NCBI GenBank assembly: GCA_030704615.1
Contig: CM060732.1
Span: 28,520,001 to 28,584,000 of the forward strand
From: Takakia lepidozioides
Lineage: Eukaryota; Plantae; Bryophyta
Length of the DNA stretch: 64,000 nt
Reading direction: 5' to 3'
Numbering within the stretch: position 1 is the stretch's first letter; the number at the start of each line of letters is the position of its first letter. The notes beneath the pieces were generated by a model. That model searched no databases and was not told the origin of the DNA. It saw nothing but the letters and a program-made list of their open reading frames with translations. This document shows positions 1 through 13,929 of the stretch, in pieces. Both the position numbers and the translations under genes were made by a program.

Positions 1-261
1 GGGTTCCTTGGTAGAGTTCCCGTCCTCACTTCCTATTTGTATCACAAAACTCAAATACGACTCTATTTCCTTTCTTGGACAGAACACAATGTCCTCAGCA
101 GCCCCTGCCTGCATGCAAGCCCCAGCTGGTCATTGCAGCACTTCCCAGAGAGGAGAGAAAGAGAGAATATACTCATAAGACGTTGTTTGCCGTAGCCTTG
201 TGGCCATTGACCCCGCGCCCAGTTTGAGCGGAACACAAGGAGAGAAAGAGAGAGAGGATAC

Positions 262-562
262 GGAAGATGGTCATTGGCTGGGTCCAAATTCACAATCGCG
301 GTCTTCCTGCCAGACAAAATTCCCATGCACAATCAGTCCATTCCAGGTCTTGGCCCTCCACCCTCTGCACGATCTAATGAAGCTGTTACAAAATACTCAC
401 TTATGGTATGTTGAAGGTACACAATAAGGCCAACTTCCAGAGGAGCATACAAGAGGCCAAGGATACAGACCTGCCAATTAGCTGGAGGAACTGTGACATC
501 CCATTGCAGTAGGTGGTTTTCCCAGAGCCCGGGGGACCAATAACCACCTGCCCGAACACCAT
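262..562 (-). CDS. GPN2: GPN-loop GTPase 2 (QQT1-like), exons 1 (562-471) and 2 (306-262); gene continues beyond the window start
   Basis: [30 protein letters not shown] spliced (GT..AG) to [17 protein letters not shown]-loop plus NLDPAND motif typical of GPN2. Confidence 0.9.
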
Positions 563-864
563 TGCCTCTTCTCTTATCCACAATTCTCCTTCCCTCCTAG
601 ACCTCAGTTCTTCACAGAGAGGGCTGATGCTTACTCTCGGACTCAGTGCAGTACTTTGGTCTTCCCAGTCTTTAGAAGAAATTTACCAGTAGAATCTACC
701 TCAAGCTAAACCGACTGCGATGCATCGCTATGTGACCTGCAACCAGCACGCAGATGCAACCTCTTTCCATCAGCGGTGGAAAAATGTCCTCTCAGGACAA
801 GGTTACCGATTATGATACAGTTTCAGAGCTGAAAGTCAGCTCAGATTTAGTCAACCATTGGAAC

Positions 865-3125
865 TGTTAGCTAGGGTTCTGTTAGGGTTTTTTGACGGCT
901 AAGGATGGTTCCTACCAGATTTCCCAGAGAACCTGTGTAGAATTTAAGGAAAGGCTGAGGCAATACCCGAGTACTTCTTCTAGCATGTAGGTTGATGTGC
1001 TATCCTAGTAGACTGCAGAGAGTAGGAGGAGAATTCCAGCATCTACAGTCAACTCTATTAGCTTTCTTTTTGTAGTAGGGAGTAAGGGAGCTTCCAGGCT
1101 CCAGTTCTCTCATCTTGTTAGTACCAGCTAATTCCTGTATTATTGCTTTTGTACTGCTGCTTGTGAATAGAAGCTCCCAGTAAAAATCTCTTGAGTGAGG
1201 ACAGGTCTAATTTTCTAACAGGTTATGGGCCAACGAAATGCTCCAACTACTTGGACAGATGAGCCTTCAGAGGCTGACTTGAAGGCAGCCATATGGAAGC
1301 CAAAGAATGAGCTTGCATTGGCATCTCTGATCATGAACATGAGACCAGAGGTGATAGAGCTGGCAAGGGGCCTTAAATTGCTAATGAGGTCTGGAAGAAG
1401 TTAGACAAACTGTACCAGGCAGATGTGGTAGTTCAAAATCTTGCCTTGTGGAAACAACTCATGAACACGAGAATGGGAGAAAGTGAGAGCGTATCTGCTC
1501 ACATTCCAAAGGTTAGAGGCATGTGTATGGAAACTGTTGCTGCAGGAGAGCAGATTAGTGAGCTGCTTCAGATCATGACCTTGTTTGGCACCTTGCCAAA
1601 GAGTTATGACATGGTGCAGACCGCATTCTCTACTCATGGTGAGAGTAAACTGACTGGGGAGTTCGTCACTGGACAACTTCTCATGGAAGAAAACAAGCTG
1701 AATAGGAGTAGATCTAGTATGGACAGTGCTCTCATGGCTACCTCTCCCAAGAAAGAGAGGACATGCTTCCAATGTGGCAAACCTGGCCATTTCCAAAAGG
1801 ATCGCAAGGTCAAGATTGACAAGCTCAAGAAGGACAACTGGAGAACGAAGAAAGGGAAGTCTGTGCATGCACATGTCGCTGACACAGGTAGCGACATTGA
1901 AGATCACCTATTTATGGCAGATGCAGAATACAGCCGAGATGATGATTATCTACTGGCTGCTGAAGGAGAACGCTGCGGGATGAGTGGCATCTGAAATCTG
2001 GAGCTACTAACCACGTGTGGGAGGAAGGAGTGGTGTTGCAACTTGAAACCCATTCAGCCTAGGAGCGTAAAGATGGGCAACAAGACCTTTTCTGTAAGTG
2101 CAATGATAGGAGAGATTCCTGTACTTAGCAAAAAAATCTGATCTCTGTTAGTGAATGACCTTGGGTATGATGTCATCTTCAGAAACAAGACTTGCAGCAT
2201 CCAAAAGGCAACAAGGAACTCTGCTATGGAGTAAGGAGCAGAGACTTTACAAGCTTCGGAGTACATCTGGAACTGAGGAGGTGGCCAATGTTGGGGACAC
2301 AGTGGACACCACACCATTATGACACAGAAGGTTGGGTCCCGTGGGGAGTTGATACACACAGATGTGTGTGGCCCCACAAAGATAGCATCACTGGGAGCAT
2401 CTAGGTACTTTGTAACCTTCACTGTAGAAAAACCTTCTTGTACACCTTGAGAGGGAAAAGGACAAGTGCTGCAGGCGTTCAAGAAATTTGTGAATGAAGT
2501 GGAAAATCAGTTGGACCAAAGGCATAAAGAGCCAAGTAACAACAAGGGAAAGTCCAGCCCAGAATGGAGTGGCAGAGAGAGTAAGCAGAACATTGGTTGA
2601 GAAGGCTGCATGTATGCTGCAGAAACCAGGTATTGGACCAGAGTCTTGGGGGGAGGCCATCAACACCGCCACATATCTCAAAATTTGAGTCCCACACGAG
2701 CTTTGGAGCAAGCTGGATGCCAAGTCAGTCAACTCTCTGTCTCTTTGACAATCCCTGATCTGGGATTAGAAGAAAGGGAACAACGAGATCTAAGGGTCTA
2801 CACCCAAAGGGAGATGGTGGCAGAGAAACCAGAAGAGGGTCAAGATTTTGAAGATCGGGATTGAGATCCAATGGGTAAGGATATGGGGCCTGGAAGGTCA
2901 GGAAGGATCAGCATAACCCCAGAAAGGTTTGGAGGTAATGTGGTAGAAGAATTTACTGGCCTGACTATGGCAAGCTGATAAGAGGAGGAGCATTGAGCTC
3001 AGCAAAAACCCTGTTCACCATGCATGAACCAAACATGTCGATATCAAACATCATTTCATTAGAGAAAAATTGGTTTGGACTGAGGAGATGGCAGCCAATG
3101 CACTCACCAAAGCTCTATCTAAAGA
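865..3125 (+). mobile_element. Degraded, internally deleted Ty1/copia retrotransposon (putative 5' LTR 865-1220)
   Basis: Candidate LTR TGTTAG...CTAACA followed by a PBS. Gag remnant with zinc knuckle CFQCGKPGHFQKD (in ORF 1425-1994), protease-like SGATNHV (~1997-2017), integrase motifs (DVCGP, SPAQNGVAERVSRTLVEKA, WGEAINTATYL) and RNase H remnant TKHVDIKHHFIREK (~3028-3069). No RT and no 3' LTR seen. Confidence 0.8.
1221..1231 (+). promoter_or_regulatory. Primer-binding site complementary to the internal (anticodon-arm) part of tRNA-iMet
   Basis: GGTTATGGGCC directly after the LTR-terminal CA. Complementary to GGCCCATAACC of tRNA-iMet. Confidence 0.65.
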
Positions 3126-5825
3126 GATTGGGTTAACTCGTGTGTACAATTGCATCAAAACAAAAACAAGACTTCATACCTCTTAGATGCAGATAGATGC
3201 ATAAACCCTAAACCCAGATTGTGAGGCTTAAACCGCTGAAGTTGGCAGGACAGTTTTGACCATACCTTGGCGCAGCTCAACTTGAACACATCATTTGGTG
3301 CTGGTCCATCTTCTTGACAAAGATTGGCATACCTACTCAACAGGAGATTGAGTCAGGAAACACTGCAGCTACGTGCTAATTCAGAAGCTTCCAACATGAT
3401 CATTATTGCACAGACAACGGGTGTTTCCTCCTTTCAAATTGTATTGCGACCAAACCTACCTTAAATATCCAAGACAAAGCCAGACACCCTTTTGCAAATT
3501 TCTCCTGTAACTAAACAAACGGTGAAAGGCATCTGCTCTCTTTCCAGACACCGTATCACTAGTACCAAAACGGGCCACAGTTTCATGTCGACATTCGACG
3601 AAAACTCGTCTAGAATCTGCCTCCCCAAATCTCTATTTCTAACATGATTTTCACTTTCCAGCGTTGTACCTGTTAGACGTTCCAGCACTCCCGAACCAAA
3701 AATCCTTACCGTCCTCGCTGTAGACCGATCCCCTCAATCTTCTATAATAGATTGCAGCACAGCGAAACACGATATCGGAAATGGAAATGTGAAGTCTTCG
3801 GATGCTTTGATAGTCGGTAAGACGTCGAAGGGATTGGAGTTTCACGGTCGGATGCCTCCCCTGAAACCTCACGTTAAATCACCAATTTCTGGATTTCTTA
3901 TGTTATGTCCAATGATGGGAGAAACAAGAGACTAACAGATAAACACACTACCTAGGGGCTCTACAGAAGGGAATGAAGGAGAGCTTGTCTTCCCAGTAGA
4001 TGGATAAAAATGCTGATGGCACAGGCTCAGGGTTCCATGGTGCGATGGCGCAATTGATGAAGCTGTGCACTGACAAATGGAAGTGGCCATTTATCCATGT
4101 GGGTCCCTCTGCATGCCCTCCAACCATAACCTCCTCAACGCAGCAGCGCGGGGAAGGACGCATACGTGCAGCACCAAATTCAGGGGATGGGTGTCGGTTC
4201 TTTGATAGAACCTCAGATGTATGGGAAAGATTTCCCGACGTTGCTCGGTACAACCCGCCAGCTCAGACTCTGCCTCTACCGTTCAAGTATTATGGGCAGC
4301 CCTTCTACAAAGGATACGAATGGGAGAACAAGGTTTGAAGAAGGCCATGGGGATGAAGGGAGAGATATCCCTTGCCGTTGCATGAATTCGATGCGGTCAG
4401 AGTGTGGTCCTAATGGACGACAGGGCATCGCTTGTGTGCTCTTTTTGAAGTGTATGTTAGATTATTTTGATCTGGAGCTTTTCCTCGAAGTGGGGCTACT
4501 GAATGTGATTATGTAAGAACGTATGTAGCGTCTTTGCTCAGAATTAGGTTGAGACAAGGAAACACGTAGATGATACTGCTACTTGGCGTGAACAGACGAG
4601 GAAAGGAAAAGCAGATTTTATTCTAACATGCAGACTGAACAGCCACAGCAGCGATGATTTTCTTAGATTGAGTCAAGGTTGCGGTTCTTGTGGTCAGCTA
4701 ACAACTTTGAAAATCCGATTACTCATAGTTTGGAACCTGAATTCCATTCGAAGGCCATCTTTCTTTCTATCTTTCTCCATGCTGCTTTCGTGGAAGGTGC
4801 AGGGTGCACTTGTAGTCTCTATGGCTGGTGGGTGGCCATGCCGTATTTGATTTTCATGCTTAACCTTAAAAAGTGAGATATTTACACAAACCGAGGTCAA
4901 GAAAAGGGGCTCACTTGGTGAAGAGGGCCGCATTGTGAAGGTCATACGACTGACTGGGTAGTTCGTTTACCCAAAAGCTGTGGTAGGGTTAGGGTTATAG
5001 CAGAATTCCTGTGATCTTCCACTATCACAATCCGAGGCAACATCAAGATTTTCTAACTGATTATGTGAGATGAAAGACATGGACTCGACAATCTTGGACT
5101 GGTGTTCTTGACGCAAGATTTCAATCTTTATCAATTCACACCATTTTCTCTTTTTTGTGTATCTAGCGGATGGTATGAAGTTACAAGGGACCCCCCCACA
5201 GATAACCTTTCCCACTCTCATGCCAGACCTTGTATTGGCCGCTGAGGGGTTCAGAGTGATAGAATGTGGGTTTACGACGCCAGTTTCCAGCTGATCAGAC
5301 ATAGATTATGTCTATTGAGAGGATGGCAACATTGTGAGGGAAAACGTCCATCGAGGGTTTTCATATTCTTCATCACGTGTGTGTTTGACTATGGTAGATC
5401 CAAATGAACATTTTGTACTATTTGGGTGTTAAAAGAAGGGAGTATCCTTAAGACTGTTGAGCTGCAACTATGACACTCTAGCTTGGGTTGGTAAACAGAG
5501 CCCGCCTTATACTTGCGTATGAAATTGGAGATGATAGCAAATTGGAGATGATAGCCTCACCACAGGGGTTTGACTGGAAGCAAAATGTTGACTTCATCTT
5601 GCCATGTAGTCGCGGCATTTCAATGTCCTTTGTTATTGGTATTGGCAATGTCGAATTAGCAGCTGGAAACTGGAACGACATAAAGCTTCACACCTGCGCA
5701 GATTCATTCCCTTCATACCCTATGCATAAAATTTTGTCGCTAATAGGCAGCCCGAGAATATACCTGTTAATTGTTCCCAGACCGATGGTGAAGATGATAG
5801 ATAAGGCTCTTATGGAATACCAAAT

Positions 5826-6215
5826 GCTCGACAATTTTACTATCATCTACGACCCTCAACAAATCATCTACAACCATCGACAAATCATGTAGGACCCTCG
5901 ACAAATCAACCACTAGTGGTTGTAGATGATTTGTCCTGGGTTGATTTTGTGGGCAAACGGTATGCGTTGGAATACCAAATGCCAATGTCTTCATCCCACT
6001 TGTTCAACAAATATTCTCTAATAGATTCTTAGATCCTTCAAATTTATGCTTAGATGCTTTCATCTTTGAGCATTTGGTACACGAAGGAATACCGTATGAT
6101 CCTGTCCCTCGACAAATCAACTTAGTTGTTCACACCACTTGTTGACAACATGGGCGTCAACAGCGTAGGTGGCGCCACTAAGGTAGGTGGCGCCACTAAG
6201 GGAGGCGGCGCCAGG
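5826..6215 (+). repeat. Subterminal modular arrays (21-bp GACAAATCATCTACAACCATC-like and 18-bp GGCGCCACTAAGGTAGGT-like units); mirrored at ~50125-50670
   Basis: Visible tandem units. About 3 of the 18-mers on the left versus about 10 on the right. Local palindrome centred on AACCACTAGTGGTT. Confidence 0.8.
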
Positions 6216-6262
6216 TTGTTGGCACAACTTAGTTCAGATTGGCACAACCTAATTTCTGATAA

Positions 6263-6295
<33 letters not shown>

Positions 6296-6299
6296 CGTA

Positions 6300-7740
6300 G
6301 AGGGTTTAGGGTCATTTGCATAATTCAAATATGATGAGACCTTGTCTTTAAGAATGTTGGACTATAACGTAATAATTTGCTGATATTTAAAGAACAACTA
6401 GATCTAATATGTGGACGTATAATCTACAGTGTTCTAGTTTATTCGTATTACTTAGAATTTTTATATTATGAGATATGCAATAAAATATTGTGAATTAAAA
6501 AATCACAAAGGGGTAGAGATTGAATTAAAATCTATCCTGTAACAGCCTTATTAAATGCATATGAAATATCACAATTCAGTGTTCACTCTTACATGTGTTT
6601 TCTATTATTATATTGGTCATTTATGTGTACAGAGTCTCCTAAGTAGAATATTTTCATTGTCCTGCAATAAGTTATTTTTAATTAAAGATACAAGGATGTG
6701 TGAGACCGGATTATAAAAAAATAACAAATTTATTTTAAAATACAGATAAGATTTCATAATTTAATATTCACTCGTACACGCACTTGCTATTATTATTATA
6801 TAGGTCATTTATTTGTATCCCATGAATTCAAGAAGATTATGAGTAACCTATGCATAGGATGGATGCATAGGAATTGTGATAAAGAACAATTGGATCTAAT
6901 AACATGTGTGCACATATACTCTATAGTTTTATAATTGGTTCATAATACTTGGAATTTTTGTATTGACAGATATACAATGAAATATTTTCAACGAAAAATA
7001 ATTATAAATATGTGACAGATCCAATTAAAATCTATTCTATAACAGCCTTCTAAAATGCATATAAAATATCACAATTCCCTATTCTTACATGTACCTTCTA
7101 TTATTATATTGATCATTTATGTGTACAGAGTCTCATGTAGAATATTTTTCATTGTCATGCATAAGTTCTTTAAATTTTTTTTAAACACATGGATTTGGGA
7201 GATCAAATTGAAAAAATGAATGGCAAATATCATTTTAATATGCATATTCGATTTTATAATTCAATATTCATTCTAAGTTCTAACATGCACCTCCTATTAT
7301 TATATTGGTTATTTATGTGTATCGCATGAACTCAAAAATATCCTGAGTGACTTATACATAGGCTGCATGATTTAGAGATGATGTATAGATATAAAGTCAA
7401 TGCATTTCTGTACTTAAATACTTATAAATGTTTGAAATATTGTGTTCGTAAAACTTAGAATGTTTTGTATTGCTAGACATGCAATGCAATGTTCTCAATA
7501 AAAAATCACAAGGGTGTGACAAACGATAAAAAAATTATATAGCATCATTTATAAATAGGTATATAACAATTTAATTTTCATTTCTACAATGTACATGACA
7601 CATGTACCCCCAATATTATGTAGGTCATTTATAATAAGTATATCATATAACCAAGATGAAGTACTTATACAAACAAGCAACATCACAAAATATATATATG
7701 TATATATATTGCAAATGACAACATGTCACTTGTAAATATT
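6300..7740. repeat. AT-rich region of degenerate repeats (CTATTATTATATTGGTCATTTATGTG-type); mirrored at ~25740-26975 and 49876-50070
   Basis: The motif recurs near 6600, 6790, 7100, 7295 and 7615. Preceded by (CA)n(TA)n and a GGGTTTAGGG motif. Confidence 0.7.
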
Positions 7741-10700
7741 GTGTGCTTTTTCTTCATGGAGTTATTGTCTCCTCCACTAGACTACACAAAGCAATGCCCA
7801 CCCACCTAAATCCCAAAAACAATGTTTCTTTGCACATGGAAGTACTAAAACCCAAAAATAAATGAATGGACGGGGTCTACCTATATCACATGGCTAGGAA
7901 TGACATACAGTTCAATTTAAAAACTCTTCTTCAATTAATGTTACCTCATGGCCCTGTTTAGGTTAATTTTTTCCTTTATCTTTTTAATTTGAGTAACTCG
8001 ACCTTTGTCCCATTTGGATGGAGTTGCATCTGATTGATGCATCTGGAGTTCTCGTGTTGTCTGGACATGTCACAGCTCTCTAGCACTTATGGAAAAGTTG
8101 TTGTAAGCGTGTCCAATCCCATAAAAGATCCACCGACCACAATAGCTTTGCACATGATTTTTGTTTATATGTTTGTTGAAGGAGATAAAATGAGGGATGT
8201 GTGTTTTGCATCTATTAGATTAGATATTTTGAAAAGAGACAATCAATTTTTCTTCATGATTTCAACTCCTCGTGCAACATCCTTTGCATGTGACATTCTG
8301 ATTCACACGCAGCTTGGTCCTCCAACTTTCTGGACGGCTAGAGGCTCTCATATTAATTTGTGGAATTCTTCTACACACCCCGGCGACAAAATCAACTAGA
8401 GACTTAGGCATCGTACAAATATGAACTGAAAACCACGCTGCAACGTGGCGGGTGGTAGTGAAAATGCATTTGAATTTTGAGTCATTCGTAGGAAACACTT
8501 GATGTCTGTCACCTAATCCACTACAATGAATTATTGAGGTTAATAATTTTTTGTAAAGAAAATAATTAAAAATATTTATGAATTCCTTTCTTATGTATAT
8601 AGCATCATTCATAAATACATACAAGACTTAACAAATTCAATTTACATAACGGCGCCCAGTTCAACGTGGACAGGGAACTGGAATTTAAAGAAATTAAATA
8701 GAAGGGAGCATAACATGGTACATCGGCTGCACTCTTTGAATTGGAAATTAACTGCGAAATCAGACCACGCATGAGCCTATATACATAAGATATTACGGTT
8801 TATTGTTAAGGTGTTGTGCAGGTTGAAGGGTTGATCTGGAGCTTCATGATAGGTGAAGAACCTACCTTGAATTTGAGGAAAAAACAACAGCTGTTAGTCC
8901 AAGAATCCGGAAGATGGCTAGGTTGGAAGAACCTGTCCCTATATTTCTACTTCGCATCCCGGAGCATACTGGTATAGCCCTCACCAGCAGTAGTGTGGTC
9001 AAACAGCAGTTTCAAAACTCACTGCTTTTCTGTTGATGAATCATGCATTTTGCTCTAGAGCCTGTGTGTACAGAAAGAGACCAAAAATGCACAATTCATC
9101 AAAGTGATAGTAGTGTGCGTGGCCACCAGTCTTGCAAAGTACAACCTTTTTGTACTATCCGATTCACAAAACTCCGCTGGTTGCCTGCCCACAAACTGCT
9201 CCATTCCAGGGAACTTCTACCAGCACCACTCGGGATGCCCCAATCCGTGAAACTCCCTTCCTCGATGCCTTTGTAGAAGCGCAGTGCACATGGTCGGCTG
9301 ATATAAGTAGCTTCTCCCCAACGGCTTCAGAAAAGACCACCAGATCAAGGACCCAACGCTGATTCATGGCATCTCTGCCACTAATTGAAGGCATCTCTGC
9401 TGTTCGGGTCCGTGCTCAGAAAATAATGCAGTATAAACAACAAATGACACACGATGATGGAGGATCCACCACTGAATGAAGGCATCTTTGCAGTTGGCCA
9501 GGTCTTTTCTCCAAAAAACATGTAGTATAAAAAACAAATGGCACACGATGATAAAGGTGCTTTGGATGTTAAATGTGCGCAAGATGATGTTTGTGCGGTG
9601 GATGATGTCGATGGATGATTGATGATGTCGGTTGATGGATGATGGATGGATGGATGGATGGTCCATGGATGATCTCATGTGATCATCATGATGTCGGTGC
9701 GTTGTATGATGCACATGCGCTGGATGAAAAACGTTGACAGTTAGGGTTTTTACAATGTACATGTACCCCCAATATTATGTAGGTCATTTATAAGTATATC
9801 ATATAACCAATAAGACCTTATATATAACCTCATATAGCAAAGGTTGTCAAAGTTGTAGACGTTGTATACATGTATCATTAATATACAATAGACAATGGTA
9901 GCAATCATCGGCACCTTTGTTGCTTTGCCCATTCGAATTGGTCGGATCACGTACCTAGCATCTTGGAGGTATGCCTGGCATGTTAGTTTTTCTCCTCTGG
10001 ATGATATATCTCACCTTGCTTGATCCATACATTCTTGTGTTTGAGGCATCTACATATTGAGCTACAAAGAAGTCATGATATCGACCATTCTTTATAATCA
10101 TTGCCTTCTTGACTGTCACTAGCAGAGGAATCATGACAGTCTGTTCGTATGTTGAGATTAGTGATGGTGGTTACACTAGTATCACATTTGCAGCTCCCCT
10201 CTCAAGAAATATTACAATTTGAACTACTTTGACAGTCACACTTTCTGCAATTAAATATACCTCTTATGCTTTGGAGCAGGAAGAGAGAATCCCAACCTCA
10301 CCAATAGGAGATTGTAGTCACAACTATGGCAGTTTAATAGAAAAAATCTTACACAATTAGGACGGATTGTATCATGTGGGATCAATGGCCATAAGGCTAC
10401 TGCATGTACTGATGTGTGAAGAATTTCATCTACCAAGGGACTTCACCAGATAGTAACCTGTTAAGCGGTAAACCACTGATGGTACGCAGGAATGAAGGAA
10501 GATGACGTGCTGAATGGTATGATAAAGGATGGTCTGCATTAGTTTGGCATGAGAGTCTGTTTTGATTGTTGGATTTTGTAGTAGTTATCCATGGAAATTT
10601 TTCTCCAATCTGTTTCTAGCAAAGCAGACAAATGGAAGGGGAAATTGAGGGCAAATAATGAGGAGATGGGTTTCCGAGAGATGTAACATTGTAGAGTAGG

Positions 10701-11527
10701 GGCATCTTTGGAATATGATGACAATGAGCTCAAGGCAATGCATGCAAGCCGTATGGAGGCTCCTTTAATGGAAGGAAGCTGATTGATTCACGGTATCTTA
10801 TAGTTGCTGGAAGCATCTCATTCAATACTGTCTGAGACTGTCTTGCAAAGTTCTACAATCCTAGTCATTGTGAAGGTATCTATGGATTTACTTGCAGTTT
10901 TTCCGAGATGCAGGTGCCTTGATGGGTGGTTGGTTGTTTTGTTTAGTGTTGGTACAGACTTGATGGTTGTTTTCATACTCTCTATGAAAACCATGGGGAG
11001 AAAAAGAAATCATTTTTTAATGTTCGCCCACGAGTGTGTAGGGAATGCTGATTATTCCAAACTAGTAAACGGAACAAGTCTTTACACTGAATGGAAGTGC
11101 ATTGGAGCCTTTTGGAAAAGTCGGATTGTATTATGTCATATTTTTCTTACAGGTAGAATAAGATATTCATCATGCCCAGTGAAGCTGGAAGTTGGGTCTG
11201 TGGCCTAGATAAAGTTTCAAATGAGATTTCGCATTTGAATAAGACTAAGAGGGACAGATCGGGGTTTTCAATAACCTTGAATCGTATCCGCTATGCGTCA
11301 GCCCCTCGTAAGTTGGCACATGTATGCTTTGCGAAATGTCCTCTTTAGTGCACATTACTGTTGCATTTGTAGTTGAAAAATATTGTTGTCTACCTGAATG
11401 TGGTGCTCTGGTACTAAACGATGTGTAGACAAAAAATGCGAGATATCAACACACAGCAATCTCTCAAGTGCCTCCAACTTGAACTTGGGGATCCAGTCCT
11501 GACTAGTGTATTTGAGTGATTTGGCAG

Positions 11528-11669
11528 GTTTGAAATGAAACGAGTAGTTCCACTCTATCATGGGCTCGTGAAGTTTATACAAGGATCGTCAATGCGGCAA
11601 TCAGACGTAGAGAGGGTGTCTGCAGCCCGAGCCACGGCCTTCTTCTTGCTTTCCAACCAAGAAGCTGAT
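11528..11669 (+). pseudogene. Captured exon resembling the RCK domain of a BK/Slo-type K+ channel
   Basis: AG/GT-bounded segment FEMKRVVPLYHGLVKFIQGSSMRQSDVERVSAARATAFFLLSNQEAD, similar to the RCK1 pattern (QGS..n..DL.RV....A.A..lL.N). Confidence 0.5.
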
Positions 11670-13929
11670 GTACTATGCTTGCATGTGTTCCTTGAAAAAC
11701 ATTCTCTGCCCACCAGGGTTCCGATATTCATCTGTCAGAGCAGATCCTATGAAGTATTGTTTGTCAACAGATATGGATTTGCCACATGACCTTTGGTTAA
11801 TGTCACTAGGGCATTCTCAAGCTTATTGCATTACATGTCAAGGTCTGCAAAACAAACAGACCTGAAGCAGGGTCCATGGAGGGTCTAAGAAAGTCCTAGA
11901 GAACGATGACACTGCCAGAATATTGGAAGATGTTGCAGGACCCAAAGGTGGAGGATACAGCTCAGATATTGAAAGCATTGGCTGTGCATCGTGGGGACCG
12001 GGTGCGCATCATAATGGATTTCTAGAGCCAGAGTCACATCTAGCGCAGTGTGGGATGAGACCCAAACTGGGGGGGATCGAGTTTATCTGCCCTGTTCAAA
12101 TCCACTACAAAATGCTATCTCGGAGGTTGGATTCACTCCTTTCCTCTTTTCCAGTTTGTTGCAGTTTCAGTTAAAGAAAGCGAGTGGTGGAATCTCTGAG
12201 TCATAAGAATCTTCTATGTTTCCAACAATATGTCTCTCACTTCCACATCTTAAACCAGGTGTTTGTCTACCACCACAATGCTAATGCAAAGCACAGTTTA
12301 CCACTCTCTGCTGTGTCCCTTGGCCATCCTATAGATGTGATTATGTCGAAGATGTAGTACTTCAAAGGTTTTTGAATCGGGGAATGTCTGAAAACTTTTT
12401 TGGGTCGTCTGGGCATGGAGTGGATATGATGAACTTTTTCCCTTGTCTGATGTCTTCTTGGCTTGTCTCTTGCAATTGTACTTTATCCCAATTTCAAAAT
12501 TTTATATGACAAATTCTGAAACATTGCAGTAAATGAAGCTTTGATCACAATCTTGAAAGGGAATTTTACAGCATATGGCCCATTGTCTCCTTTTTCTGCG
12601 CCTGAGTATGGTGGGCTTAGATGCCAAACACAATCACCTGACTTCCTGATTAGTATTTACGATATCTCTGAAGAGCTGACTTCTGTACCCTGTGGATATG
12701 TGGTTGGTTCTATGTTGTTCCACTTGTGTCCCTTGGACACTCACTCAAATTGAACAAGTTTTTCTATAGAATCATGCGCGGCCTAAATAGTATCGGCACC
12801 TTTATCTCCCTCTCTTCTGAGGGCATTGGGGCGATTCTAGGTGGGCTCCCACAATTTACAGGTAGAGACTAGTAAGTGGGAAAACTCGCAGCCTGAAGAC
12901 CGCCTATGGCCACTAAGGCACCGCGCCCAACTGATGCATCAAAAGTGAGGAATACTTCTTCCTTTACTGCCCTCTTTACTATGAGATCCTTAAGAAACTC
13001 CACTGTCTGTTCCGTGAAACTCAATCTCTTACAAACTACTTCCATTCTGAGCCACAGAAATGCTTTCCAGCCTATTTGCACAAACCTTTGACCCTCAGGC
13101 GATCCCTTGAGTAGTAGTTGCTTTTGGGCTGCTTCTGGCTTCACACTCTATCTTTTATTCTCTTTATTGTTTGTTGTTTTCCTTTTGTCCCACAAGCTGT
13201 TTGAGCTTTCTGCGGTTGATCGAAGTTCCATTTCATTTCGTTTCTTTCCACGTTATGTGACTTTCTAGCTCTATTTCTTTTCGTGCTCAAGTATGGGATC
13301 ATCTATTATTGGAATGCTCAAACTATGTCCTGGGTGAGTCTTCCTGTGTTGATAAAAACTCTTGCACCCTTTGTTGCTCCCTAATGAAGTGAGTAGGGAG
13401 TTACAACTGCTGGTCACGGTGATAGAGATAGTTGATTTGGGTAATTTGACCTGCTCAAGTTATTAGATAGTTCATTTTAAGGTTTACTCCTTTATTTATT
13501 GGTTCTTTATCTATGTGAATTTCCTTGATGATCAGTCTTGGTTTTCATCTTTGAAAGCTTTTCCTTACATTTGATGTGGCTATTTCGTTCTATCTTTCTT
13601 AAGGTGAGTTCACAGTTTCCTAGGCTCTCACTCACTGGAAAGGTGTTCCAACACATATGCAATAATCAAATGAAGGACTTACCAGGATACCTACTGCGTT
13701 CAACAAGAGTACATGCACATTTTGGATTTGTTAATTTGGGTCTAATAACGAGTATCCATATATTTGCCCTGGGTAAGTTAAGTACGAGTTATCGAATACC
13801 TGCCAAGTGCTCTTAGCTAGAACGTGCCCCGTTTGTGCAAACTTGATGTTTTCTCCGTAATGCTTGAGATTTGTGAAGAGATCGCAACAAGAGAAAGTGG
13901 AGGAGGCTCACAACCAAATCCCAATACAA

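Noticed and set aside
12780-13145. LINE endonuclease remnant in the arms
   Set aside because: Only vague similarity; no diagnostic motif intact.
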